Origin: a virus
Taxonomy: Duplodnaviria > Caudoviricetes
Length of the DNA stretch: 61,044 nt
Direction: 5' to 3' (one strand)
Virus record (IMG/VR): IMGVR_UViG_3300042569_003025
Location: 1 to 61,044 of that record
This document shows positions 10,363 through 20,640 of the stretch, piece by piece (position 1 is the stretch's first letter; the number at the start of each line of letters is the position of its first letter). Under the pieces are notes generated by a model that saw only the letters and a list, made by a program, of their open reading frames with translations, searched no databases and was not told the DNA's origin. Position numbers and translations under genes: made by a program.

Positions 10363-10773
10363 ATGGCAGTTAATTTATTACCATTCAAAGTTAATCAAAA
10401 TGCAACAGTTCCGAATTCACTTTCGGTAGGTGGTCATTTATCTGCATCAACTAAAGCATTCTTAATTCCTCATCCAAATGATAAAACCAAGAATTTACAA
10501 CACGGTGCAGTAGAATCTCCAGAATGGGGAGTTATATACAGAGGAAAGAGTGCAGATAAAATATTAATTCTTCCTGATTATTGGGAAAATCTTGTTCATG
10601 AAGATTCAGTAACAGTTACTTTAACACCAGTTGGAAAATTTCAAAATCTTGTTGTAAAAGAGCAAAATAACAAATTTATAAAAATTGGTGGAGTAAAGGG
10701 TGAATATAATTTTATTATTTGTGGAGAAAGAAAAGATGTCCCAAAATTACAAATTGAATTACCATGTCCTTAA
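10363..10773 (+). CDS. stand-alone tail-fibre C-terminal/chaperone-like domain
   Basis: 'TKAFLIPHP...LQHGAVESPE..V.YRG...LPDYW..LV...VTLTP...GERKD', a motif usually found fused at fibre C-termini. Confidence 0.6.
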   Translation: MAVNLLPFKVNQNATVPNSLSVGGHLSASTKAFLIPHPNDKTKNLQHGAVESPEWGVIYRGKSADKILILPDYWENLVHEDSVTVTLTPVGKFQNLVVKEQNNKFIKIGGVKGEYNFIICGERKDVPKLQIELPCP

Positions 10774-11456
10774 TAATCAATCCTCGTATAGTCTCTGATG
10801 GTTTAGTATTAGCATTAGATGCAGAAGATCCGAGATCATATCCAAGAACTGGTGCAACGTGGTATGATAGAAGCGGTTTAGGGAATAATGTGCCTTTATC
10901 CGGAGGTCCAACTTATAATAATGGAAGTGCATTAAATCTCAATAGCAGTTATATTTTATTTGATGGATCAAATGATTATGCCAGCATCTATGCTCCAAAT
11001 TTAACAACAGTTGCAACAATTGATTTATGGGCACGGTTTAATTTTGCTGGAAGTGTATACATTCCTTTTTCTTGGAATTTTTATAGTGTTATGAATCATG
11101 GTGGATTAAATGCTATAGGCTTTAACACAGGAAATAGTGATTTATATGGCTGTTCCAATGCTTCTTTAAACGGAGTATGGAAACATTATGTATTTGAAAT
11201 GCGTAGTGATGTGTCATATACTAATAATAAAATTTATATTAATGGAATATCTCAAAGTTTATCACAAATTGCAGGAACAGAAGGAGTAGGATTCCGAACA
11301 TTCAATAGTGGAATTGGAGAATTAGGTAGATATAACGGAAATGATGGATCGTGGGCAACATTGTATGCAGGATCTTTCCGAATATATAACAGAATATTAT
11401 CTCCAGCAGAAATTCTTCAAAATTATAATGCAGGAAGAATCCGTTACAATCTCTAA
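10764..11456 (+). CDS. LamG/concanavalin-like virion protein
   Basis: 'DGLVLALDA..PRSYP..G.TWYD.SG.GN...FDGSNDY...RIYNRILS..EILQNYNA...RY'. Confidence 0.8.
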   Translation: MSLIINPRIVSDGLVLALDAEDPRSYPRTGATWYDRSGLGNNVPLSGGPTYNNGSALNLNSSYILFDGSNDYASIYAPNLTTVATIDLWARFNFAGSVYIPFSWNFYSVMNHGGLNAIGFNTGNSDLYGCSNASLNGVWKHYVFEMRSDVSYTNNKIYINGISQSLSQIAGTEGVGFRTFNSGIGELGRYNGNDGSWATLYAGSFRIYNRILSPAEILQNYNAGRIRYNL

Positions 11457-11477
11457 AATAGAGAATAAATAATTAAA

Positions 11478-12449
11478 ATGGCTAACCTTTTAATTTCTCC
11501 TGCTTCTGCAATTATATCTTTTAGTAATGACTCCGCAGGATCATCAACTTTTCCTTCATTAACTGCAAGTTCACGTTTAGTTTTTGATAATTTTGGAGGA
11601 TTAAATATAGTTTCTAAAGTTCCTACCACTTCTAGTACAAACCGAATGTCTATTGAAGGTAGAAGCGGAATAATTTATAGTGTTACAGAAGAAACAACTG
11701 GAACATTATTATCAATTAATGATGTTGCAGGATTGCCTATATTTGAAGTAAGGTCAGATGCAAATGATACAATAACAATGGGAACTGTGAATACAAATAC
11801 ATTTGTGGTGGTAAATTCCACAGTAAATGTTGGTTGTAATGTTCCTATTTTAAATAATGCACGATTTAGTGTATCAGGAATTGCCGCAGTTAGTAATCAA
11901 ATAGTATTTCAGGGAACTAATAATTCAACAACTCCTACATCGGGTAATGTAGCATTATTTGCTAAAACTGATAATAAAATATATGCTAAAACTGCTGATG
12001 GAATTGAATCAGATTTAACTAGTATTGCTAATCAAAGTTGGTCAGCATATAATGTAGAATGGACGGCAGCAGGAGGAACATCCCCTGTAATTGGCGACGG
12101 AACATTACTAGGAAGATGTCGAAAAATAGGGAAAACTGTTTTTGTAAACATAAAATGGAGTGCAGGAAGCACTACTACATATGGTTCACCAGGTCAAGTA
12201 TGGAGATTTAGCTTACCTTTTAGTGCAGTTAATCCGGATGCTATTTTATTAAATGCTGCATTATTGGATAATGGTTTTGGATGGTATCAAGGTACAGGCG
12301 TCGGAACGTATGCAGGTTTAACAGATAAATTTTCAATTATAGTTAATAACAACACTGGAGCAACTTCTATTCCAGTTATGAGCGGAACGCCTGTTGTATG
12401 GAATGCAGGTGATGCTATAATAGTCGGGGGTTCTTATGAAAGTGTATAA
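11478..12449 (+). CDS. tail fibre protein
   Basis: 'LLSINDVAGLPIFEV' and C-terminal 'GDGTLLGR..KIGKTVFV...FSLPF...GGSYE' fibre-tip pattern. Confidence 0.65.
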   Translation: MANLLISPASAIISFSNDSAGSSTFPSLTASSRLVFDNFGGLNIVSKVPTTSSTNRMSIEGRSGIIYSVTEETTGTLLSINDVAGLPIFEVRSDANDTITMGTVNTNTFVVVNSTVNVGCNVPILNNARFSVSGIAAVSNQIVFQGTNNSTTPTSGNVALFAKTDNKIYAKTADGIESDLTSIANQSWSAYNVEWTAAGGTSPVIGDGTLLGRCRKIGKTVFVNIKWSAGSTTTYGSPGQVWRFSLPFSAVNPDAILLNAALLDNGFGWYQGTGVGTYAGLTDKFSIIVNNNTGATSIPVMSGTPVVWNAGDAIIVGGSYESV

Positions 12450-12458
12450 ATAAAGAGT

Positions 12459-13280
12459 ATGAACACACTCGCTGAAATCTTAACCAACTCATATACTAAC
12501 CAAGGAGTACAAGATTTAAAAGTATTTTTCGATTCTTTTTTCTTTAATTTAAAAGTGAAAGATAATTCCAAAAATTATAATTTAATCTTAATTGAAAAAA
12601 CCTCTTTTGATTATAATACAGAAAGTATTGAAAAAATTAAAAATGGATTAACTGTGAATTTTGGTGATACTGGAAGTGACAATCCATATGAAACAAACGG
12701 CAATTTTTATATAGATTCATTTTTAGATTCAAGATATAAAAATGTATTATTAGTTGGAACGAGAAAAATGAATAATGGTAATACGATTCCATTGATTTAT
12801 AATTATAATATCAATTCTCATTCTGTAAAACCTGTTTATCCCAAACTTGAAGATATAACTGAATTTAATTCATTTTCAAATTATACATTTAAAACAAATT
12901 CAATTCCAGTTGCTAAGTTTAGTAAAAATAAATTATATATTGCATTTCAAACAGAAAATAGTGATTCTGCCTTTATTAATAAAATGGTTTTTACTGTGTA
13001 TAAAGACAAAGTTAAATTGTCTTCGTATGATGTATATAAATATGATAAAACTAAGAATATAGATTTAAACGAAATACTTGATGGAACTATTCATTATTCA
13101 TTTGGAAATTATAAAGGAATTTTCAAAAAATTACTTGATGATGAATTTAACTATGATCCGTATATTTTTACATTTCTCGATTTTTCAGAAATATTTGCAC
13201 TTGATGATGGAACCACTACACTAGGAGCAGATTATTCAGTAAAAATAGAAAAAAACTCTTTAGGACTTATCGGAACATAA
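12459..13280 (+). CDS. hypothetical late protein (probably structural)
   Basis: 273-aa ORF with a late motif upstream, within the structural cluster. Confidence 0.5.
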   Translation: MNTLAEILTNSYTNQGVQDLKVFFDSFFFNLKVKDNSKNYNLILIEKTSFDYNTESIEKIKNGLTVNFGDTGSDNPYETNGNFYIDSFLDSRYKNVLLVGTRKMNNGNTIPLIYNYNINSHSVKPVYPKLEDITEFNSFSNYTFKTNSIPVAKFSKNKLYIAFQTENSDSAFINKMVFTVYKDKVKLSSYDVYKYDKTKNIDLNEILDGTIHYSFGNYKGIFKKLLDDEFNYDPYIFTFLDFSEIFALDDGTTTLGADYSVKIEKNSLGLIGT

Positions 13281-13315
13281 TTGCATAAAAAGATAGAAAG
13301 GATAAATAAAATTAT

Positions 13316-15586
13316 ATGTCTCAGTTAGTAAACTTTTCAAGTCTCCAGAGTTCGTCAGCATTAACATCTGGCGATCAGATATTAATAAGAAAAAATAACT
13401 CTTTATCCGGTGCTCAAGGATTTGCGAGAATATCTTTTACTAATTTAGAAAAAAGTACAACGGTTTATTCAAATGTTAACACCTTGTCTACTCAGATATT
13501 AGCATTATCAACTTATTGGTCAGGAGGTTCAAACGCATTTGTTGCTAATTACAGTGAATTAAAGATTGCGGTTGCTAATCCTAGTGTTAACACTATTATT
13601 TTAGGAGCAGACATATATTTTGATAACACTGTAGCAGATTATACTATTCCACGTCGTTGTTCAATCAATTTCAATGGATATAAATTTGTCAGAAACGGTG
13701 CAGTACGTTTATTTATACAAGGTGAAGTTTTAGCAAGTCGTGTTCAAATTTTTGACAATTGGAGTGCAGGAGATATATTAGGAACATTTAAAAATTCTGA
13801 ATTATACCCTGAATGGTGGGGATTACAAGGAAGTAATGTAGATGACGGACGACATGATATTGCTATAAATTGTGCAATAAGAACTGCTAATAGTTCATTT
13901 AGTATTGGTAGAACTATTAGCTTTGCAGCAGGAGATTATTATGTGGGAAGACCGTTAGATGGTACAAACTTAGCAATTCGTTTTAAAGGAGCAGGATCAG
14001 GAGCAACAAGAATACATGCTAGTAAATTATGGACTTCTTTTACTTGGAAATCCACTACTCGTTTCCGTTATTGGAATGATTTTATTAAATATCAAGGAAC
14101 TACATTCTTTACTAGTGCTGGTCCTGTAGCAAATGGCGTGAGATTTTTAACAACTCAAGGTGGTTCATTAGACTTTTTATCAGGTGGAAGAGTAAGAATA
14201 ACAAATTCTCCTTTATATTCGGGAGAATGGGCTATTGTAGGAGCAGATAGTACAACTTCATTTGTGTTAAGCGGAATGAGTTTTACTGGAACGGATGGTG
14301 GTATTGCATCTCCTATAACAGCAGATTCTGAAATGGATACTGTTGAAAATGCGGATGCAATTATATGGATTGGTGGAGGAATTCCTGATTATTGGGGTCC
14401 GACTGATGCATATGCTCGGTATTGGAGTGGTGTTGAGGGAATGACAATACTTGGAACGTGGGCAATGATAAACAATCCTACAAAACGTATTAGTGGTATT
14501 TCTTGGGTTGCATCTGTTGAAGAATTGACTCTAATTAAAGATGTTGATATTCAAGGATTCTCTGGAATGGGAATTGGAGGTGGTATGTATGATGAATTTA
14601 ATAATAGTGATTCGGGTGCAGTATATAAACAAGATGGTGGTATGGTAAACGGATTATCTATTCAAAATTTCTGGATAAAAGAATCTGGAAGAAGAGGATC
14701 AATTCCAATTTTCCTAAATAAAAACACTTTTTCCTGTAAAGTAAAAGAAGGAACTATTGATTGTACTACTGCAAGAAGTGTAACTGTTAGCAGCGTAAAT
14801 TATCCATATGCTCGTACTTGGCCTTTAATCGGAATTATGTTATATGGTGGAGTAGGAACTACAGTGGAAAATATCCACTTAGAAGGAATGCGAATTGGAA
14901 TATATGTTGGAACTAATAATAATGGATCAGAAATGGTTCGAATTAGTAATATTGATAGTACCCGTTTAATGGATGCAAAAATGAAAGATGCAGACCAATT
15001 TTTAAATGGTGATCCGCAATTTATGCCACAAACTGCTCCACCTTCCATAGCATATCAAATGCTTAACGAAACTTTTGGATATGTTAACCAATTTAAAGAT
15101 GCCGCATTTGTACCAGCAACTTCTGGATTTCATCCTTATCAACTTCCGGGTGGAGTTCCGGGACCAGGTATTTGGCCTATACAAGTGCAGTATAGAGGAT
15201 TAGGTTCATACTTATTCCGTTATAGTGCATTAATCGCATTAGGAACAACTTTTGAAGGCGAATCATTGTATGCTGCTATGAATTATCCTAATAATTATAT
15301 GACTTGTTTGGATGTAAGAAATGTAGCAACTTATGCTCAATATGCAATAAGAGATTTACCTTATGGACAAGATATCGCAACAATTCCTAACAAAGGAAGA
15401 TTCCCAACAGTTGGGTATTTCAGCATAGCATCTTATACTAGAGGAATAACATTTGGTCTTCCAGTAGGAAACTCTGCGGGAGGAGTATTTAATGAGTACC
15501 CAAATAGTACATGGAATAAGACTTGGACCGAAGGTGTTAAACCATTGAGTGCATGGGATAAAACATATTATCAATTAATTTACTAA
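13316..15586 (+). CDS. tailspike / beta-helix depolymerase-like receptor-binding protein
   Basis: 'YPEWWG...DIAINCAI...ISFAAGDYYV...RFKGAGSGATRI' is a pectate-lyase-3-like start, followed by beta-helix-like repeats. Confidence 0.7.
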   Translation: MSQLVNFSSLQSSSALTSGDQILIRKNNSLSGAQGFARISFTNLEKSTTVYSNVNTLSTQILALSTYWSGGSNAFVANYSELKIAVANPSVNTIILGADIYFDNTVADYTIPRRCSINFNGYKFVRNGAVRLFIQGEVLASRVQIFDNWSAGDILGTFKNSELYPEWWGLQGSNVDDGRHDIAINCAIRTANSSFSIGRTISFAAGDYYVGRPLDGTNLAIRFKGAGSGATRIHASKLWTSFTWKSTTRFRYWNDFIKYQGTTFFTSAGPVANGVRFLTTQGGSLDFLSGGRVRITNSPLYSGEWAIVGADSTTSFVLSGMSFTGTDGGIASPITADSEMDTVENADAIIWIGGGIPDYWGPTDAYARYWSGVEGMTILGTWAMINNPTKRISGISWVASVEELTLIKDVDIQGFSGMGIGGGMYDEFNNSDSGAVYKQDGGMVNGLSIQNFWIKESGRRGSIPIFLNKNTFSCKVKEGTIDCTTARSVTVSSVNYPYARTWPLIGIMLYGGVGTTVENIHLEGMRIGIYVGTNNNGSEMVRISNIDSTRLMDAKMKDADQFLNGDPQFMPQTAPPSIAYQMLNETFGYVNQFKDAAFVPATSGFHPYQLPGGVPGPGIWPIQVQYRGLGSYLFRYSALIALGTTFEGESLYAAMNYPNNYMTCLDVRNVATYAQYAIRDLPYGQDIATIPNKGRFPTVGYFSIASYTRGITFGLPVGNSAGGVFNEYPNSTWNKTWTEGVKPLSAWDKTYYQLIY

Positions 15587-15609
15587 TTCTCATACAGTAA
15601 ATAATTAAA

Positions 15610-18375
15610 ATGACCGAACCAATTTCTGCTACTCTTGTATATGCATTAAGTTCAATTTATAAATCAGAAACTCTGAATTTTATAAATAGCGACCGAAGAG
15701 TATCTAGTGTAGAAACGACTGATTATTCGACTAGTCTTGATTTGTCATATCCAGAGTTTTCTAAATATGTAACATCTCTCTATTTTAAAGATAGTTATTT
15801 TACATTTTTAACAAGTGTAACACAATTATCATGTTATATGAATTCTCTTCAAGGATACGGAGGAGAGTATTATGGTTCCAAGTTTCAAGATTTTACAACC
15901 AAGTATAATTGGGTAATTAATAATTTCTCTCAAACATCTTCTGCATTTGATAATACACAATTTCTTGGAATAATTGACCGTGATTCTAATTTTAATTTAA
16001 TTCCTTTAAAAACAAAAATTAGTATAAATGATGAACAATATTCTACAACTGAAAATTATAAAAAATATGAAAAGATTTATGATTTAAATGATTCAATATT
16101 TTTACAATTTAGAATTGATAAAATACCTGTAGAAATAATTCCCGACAAATATAACACAGTTTTCAATTCTTATAATATTCCTGATGTTAAAATCCAAAAT
16201 AGTGAATTTATCAAAAATGGAGCATTTGGCGGAAATTGTCCATTAAATTCTGATGTTATCTTTTTCGATACTAGTGAATATGGAAAATATACTAATAACG
16301 GAACAGAAAATAAAAATGTTTTTAATAATGGAACGCTTTTATGTTTATGGTTATCATCACAAAACGTAAATCCAGATTCAGAAAAAATATGGATGGAAAG
16401 ATGGTATGATCCAAATACTGTAACACAAGGAAATGCATTTATCTCACAAAAGAACAATTCTTCCAATTCTTTTACGTATGTTTTTGATGTTTCATCAAAT
16501 AAAGTTCTTTCAGAAAAAGAAAAGTTTGTGTATTTAAGATATGGAAGTGAAAGAAACTATACATTCGTTAATTCTCTTTCTTCTAATCTACAATTATCTT
16601 TTAGTAGTTGGAATAAAAATTTCAAATCAGATGATGGAAAAATTATTGGATATGTTGTAGGCAATTATCCACTATCATCCAATTCATTAAAATTAGATGG
16701 AACAGTTCATGCACACGTTCCACCTGAAGATAATTTATTCATAGAAAGCAATTTAACGCTTGGTTTATGGGCATTCTCTAATAATTGGAATAAGAATGTG
16801 GATTCTCAATTTTTTGGAAATTATAATAATGAATCTGGTTATGGTTTGTTTTATAATACAGGAACTCCTAATAATTTAATATCCATTCCTACGAAATCTA
16901 ATAATTTATTTGCATTAAATTATAAAGGATATAAAGTTTTTGAAAAAGATTTGAAAAATGATTTAAATCTTTCAGCTATAGATATAGATTACATTAAAAC
17001 TGATTTATTTGGTAATCGTTGGATATACGATTCATTAAACTCTAATGTTTATAAAATAGAAAATGATGATTTGGTTATTACTACTATTGAATTACCTGCT
17101 ACCGCAGACATTACTAAAATAGAATGTGATTCTAATAATTCAGTATTCTTATTTGATAATTATTCAAAAACATTATCTTCTTTTGATTCTAGTGGTAACT
17201 CATTATCAACAGTTTCTGTTTCCTCATATATTTCTAATTTTGATATTGACTTAAATGATAATGTGCTATTTGACTCTGCGGAATTCTTTACAGTTAATAG
17301 TAAAAATCAAATTGTCAAGTTTGTTGGACCAACATTATTCATAAACGGAGAACGAGTTTTACATTTTACTGACAAACCGACTACTGTAAAAATAGATAAT
17401 TATGATAATATATGGGTTTTACAAAATAATCAAATAATTAAATTAGATAGTAATGGGAAAATATTATTCACTAAATCTCTTGATTTATCCTTTAATGATT
17501 TTAGTGCAGAAATGGGCTTTGTCAAAAAATATCAAAATAACTCTGAAACGCTGGAATTGTGGGTAATATTCAATGCTGGAAAATATATTATTGTATTGGA
17601 TGAAAATGGTCGAGTAGTTAGACGAATTGATTTGGTTCCATTATTTGTGGGAGAACAATGTTCACAATTTCAATTGAATATAAAAGGTGATTTCTGCGGC
17701 TTTGATTGCCGAAGAAAATATGAAATTGTGGACGACAAAATTATTAGTCAGCAAAATCCCGCATTTTCTGTAAAATTAGGTTTGAAATGCGGAGATTCCA
17801 AAAAAATAATTCAACTGCACTCATCAACTAAATATGCTGACAAGTGGACACATTTAGCTTTTTCCACCGAGTATAAAAGAGATTCTACAATAATTAAATT
17901 ATATGTAAATGGTCTTTTACAAAATTCTAAAACCTTAACAGGGAATTATAAAATAGATTATAGTTACAAATCTACTCCATTTATAATTGGAGGAATTAGC
18001 GGAAAATTAGGTGCAAAAAATTTAGAAAAATCAATTTTAGGAACAGGATTTTTTAACGGCGAAATTAGCGATATTAAATTATATAATAAAACATTAAACG
18101 ATTTTGAAATGCTTAATTTGTCTTTAAATCATTATTATTCTAATTGGAAACCAATTAATCTTTATATTAAAACTCCTGAAATTACAATGATTGAAGAAAT
18201 TGATTCATTTCATTTGAACCGATACAAAGGATTTAAATCCAACTACTTTAATATCAAAGTGAATAATTTTTCAAATGACGAAAACATTAGAACCGTTGTT
18301 AAAAATTACATTGAGGAAGAAATCGAAAAATTCATTCCGGCTAATACCATATTAAATTCGATAAAGTTTGAATAA
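15610..18375 (+). CDS. large virion protein with split LamG-like domain and beta-propeller-like repeats
   Basis: 'KWTHLAF...KLYVNG...FIIGG...FFNGEISDIKLYNKTL'; repeated D..NN(V/I)W/F motifs. Confidence 0.6.
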   Translation: MTEPISATLVYALSSIYKSETLNFINSDRRVSSVETTDYSTSLDLSYPEFSKYVTSLYFKDSYFTFLTSVTQLSCYMNSLQGYGGEYYGSKFQDFTTKYNWVINNFSQTSSAFDNTQFLGIIDRDSNFNLIPLKTKISINDEQYSTTENYKKYEKIYDLNDSIFLQFRIDKIPVEIIPDKYNTVFNSYNIPDVKIQNSEFIKNGAFGGNCPLNSDVIFFDTSEYGKYTNNGTENKNVFNNGTLLCLWLSSQNVNPDSEKIWMERWYDPNTVTQGNAFISQKNNSSNSFTYVFDVSSNKVLSEKEKFVYLRYGSERNYTFVNSLSSNLQLSFSSWNKNFKSDDGKIIGYVVGNYPLSSNSLKLDGTVHAHVPPEDNLFIESNLTLGLWAFSNNWNKNVDSQFFGNYNNESGYGLFYNTGTPNNLISIPTKSNNLFALNYKGYKVFEKDLKNDLNLSAIDIDYIKTDLFGNRWIYDSLNSNVYKIENDDLVITTIELPATADITKIECDSNNSVFLFDNYSKTLSSFDSSGNSLSTVSVSSYISNFDIDLNDNVLFDSAEFFTVNSKNQIVKFVGPTLFINGERVLHFTDKPTTVKIDNYDNIWVLQNNQIIKLDSNGKILFTKSLDLSFNDFSAEMGFVKKYQNNSETLELWVIFNAGKYIIVLDENGRVVRRIDLVPLFVGEQCSQFQLNIKGDFCGFDCRRKYEIVDDKIISQQNPAFSVKLGLKCGDSKKIIQLHSSTKYADKWTHLAFSTEYKRDSTIIKLYVNGLLQNSKTLTGNYKIDYSYKSTPFIIGGISGKLGAKNLEKSILGTGFFNGEISDIKLYNKTLNDFEMLNLSLNHYYSNWKPINLYIKTPEITMIEEIDSFHLNRYKGFKSNYFNIKVNNFSNDENIRTVVKNYIEEEIEKFIPANTILNSIKFE

Positions 18376-18400
18376 CGCACCCCACAGTATAAATAAAATT

Positions 18401-20626
18401 ATGAATTCAACTGATCGTTTGATAAAATCTTTGCCTCATATCCGAAGTTTTTTCGGTGATGATGATGTACAAAAAAAGAATGATCGCTACGAAATATTCG
18501 ACAATTCATCATTATCAAAAGAAAAAAGAGTTCAAAGATTATCGGTAACTAACAAATATGACTATGATTTAGAAAATGCTAACGGAGGGTCAAAAATCTC
18601 CAATATGTATTATCATCAGTTAATGTATAATTCATCATCAGATGATAAAAAAAGACGAATTGATGATTATCGTTCAATGTCAAATTTCAGCGAAGTCGAA
18701 AGAGCATTAACAGAAATATGCAATGAATTTTTCGAAGATGATGACAAAGGTCATTTCTTAAAATTAAGATTAAACGGGGATCATAATAGTGAAGTCAAAA
18801 CTCTTATCGAAGAAGAATTTTATAAATTTATTGAAATATTTAAATTTGATGAAAAAGGATCAAGATTTATTCGTGATTGGTTGGTCGAAGGAGAATTATT
18901 TTTTGAAAACATTGTATCCATGCAAAAACCCGAATTAGGAATAATTGGAGTTACTAGAATTGCTGCCGAACGCTGTGATCCATTATATTATGATTTAGAT
19001 AACGAATTAATTGATTGCTTTTTATTAAGAGCAAAATCTCCTGATATGTATCCGTTTCAATGGGGGAATTTTACTGCACAAAGTTCATATGGCTCCAATA
19101 ATAAACATCAAATATTGTTTATGAACGAAAAGCAACTAACTTATGTTGCAAATAATCAATGGAGTGACGGCAAAAAATATAAACTACCCGTTTTATCATA
19201 TGCACATCGTCCATATCGTCAATTGTCATTAATCGAAGATGCAACTGTTATATACATGCTTGTTCGTGCTCCTGAAAGATTAGTGTTTACAGTGGATGTA
19301 GGAAACATGCAACCAAGTAAAGCAGAACAATACATGAAACGTTTAATGAGTCAATTCTGGAGCAAAAAAACTATTGCACAAGATGGACGTATTGAAAATG
19401 TTTATGATCCACAAGGCATGTTGGAGAATTATTGGTTTCCTGTTCGTGAAGGTGGAAAGGCTAGTGATGTAAAAAGTGTTGGAGGAGGAAAAGCAAGTCC
19501 AGACAATTTAGAAATATTAAACTTTTTTGTACAAAAATTGTATCAAAGTTTAAAAGTTCCTCTTTCACGTTTAAATTCAGAAACCGCATTTTCAGATGGT
19601 GAAAGTATTACCCGTGAAGAATTATGTTTTGCAGAATATATTATTAACATGCAAAAATTATGGGCAGCAGCAATTAAAAAATCGTTTATTGTTCATTTGA
19701 AATTAAAAGGTAAAAAACTATTACAAACTGCGAAAAAGTTAAACATTGATTATGTAATAGATAAAAAACAACCAGCAAATAGTTTTCAAGTATCGCAAAT
19801 TTATAAAGACAATTTCCATAATAAATGTTGGGATTATTATGACATGGTATGTGAAGAGATCAACGATAAAATTGAAGAAAATTTCCAAGAATTACAAAAT
19901 AAGAAAAATCTTATTATGGAAGAATTGGAAAATTGCGAAAGAATAATTTCTGGAATAGAAACAGGATATATTTTTGAAACAGTTGATGTTCAGAAAAAAG
20001 TTTACCTAGAAAACTTCGAAAATTTATCAGAACAAATATCTATAATTGAAGAACAAGAAAACAACTTGAATGATGTTAAAAACGACATGACTTCATGGTG
20101 GGAACAATATGATTTACGGGAAGAAGATTTGCAAGTAAAATTTGTGGAACCTAGTCAGTTTTTTGCACTAAGAGAACAACAAATTTTCCAATTAAAATAT
20201 GACAATTTTAATAACATGAGTCAAAACGATTTTGTTTCAAATACTCTTGCATTAAAGAAATATCTTGGATGGAGTGACAAAGAAATTTTAGCCAACCTTG
20301 ATTTATTAAGAAAGGATGCTGCATTCCGTTGGGAACTTGCACAAATTGAACAAAATGGTCCAGACTTCCGTGAGAAAGCATTGGAGGAATTACAAGGCAC
20401 TATGGAAACGGGCGCATTGGGCGCAGAAGGTGGGGGTGGAGGATTGGGTGGTATGGGAGGACCAAGTTTACCAACCCCTAGCGCAGGGGGCGCTGGAGGC
20501 GCAGATGGAGGTGGTCCAGATTTAGGATCTCCAGATACAAACTTGCCTGCATTTGGACCTCCTGCACCGGGAACAACTGGTGATGCACCACAAGGTGGGG
20601 GCGAACCTGCTCCCGATCAAACATAA
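18401..20626 (+). CDS. portal protein (T4 gp20-like)
   Basis: 'YRSMS...EVERAL.EI.NE', 'RQLSLIEDATVIYMLVRAPERLVFTVDVGNM...KAEQYM', 'MLENYWFP.REGG', 'KLYQSLKVPLSRL...ITREEL.F'. TATAAATA-N5 supports ATG 18401. Confidence 0.93.
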   Translation: MNSTDRLIKSLPHIRSFFGDDDVQKKNDRYEIFDNSSLSKEKRVQRLSVTNKYDYDLENANGGSKISNMYYHQLMYNSSSDDKKRRIDDYRSMSNFSEVERALTEICNEFFEDDDKGHFLKLRLNGDHNSEVKTLIEEEFYKFIEIFKFDEKGSRFIRDWLVEGELFFENIVSMQKPELGIIGVTRIAAERCDPLYYDLDNELIDCFLLRAKSPDMYPFQWGNFTAQSSYGSNNKHQILFMNEKQLTYVANNQWSDGKKYKLPVLSYAHRPYRQLSLIEDATVIYMLVRAPERLVFTVDVGNMQPSKAEQYMKRLMSQFWSKKTIAQDGRIENVYDPQGMLENYWFPVREGGKASDVKSVGGGKASPDNLEILNFFVQKLYQSLKVPLSRLNSETAFSDGESITREELCFAEYIINMQKLWAAAIKKSFIVHLKLKGKKLLQTAKKLNIDYVIDKKQPANSFQVSQIYKDNFHNKCWDYYDMVCEEINDKIEENFQELQNKKNLIMEELENCERIISGIETGYIFETVDVQKKVYLENFENLSEQISIIEEQENNLNDVKNDMTSWWEQYDLREEDLQVKFVEPSQFFALREQQIFQLKYDNFNNMSQNDFVSNTLALKKYLGWSDKEILANLDLLRKDAAFRWELAQIEQNGPDFREKALEELQGTMETGALGAEGGGGGLGGMGGPSLPTPSAGGAGGADGGGPDLGSPDTNLPAFGPPAPGTTGDAPQGGGEPAPDQT

Positions 20627-20640
20627 GAATAAATAATCTT

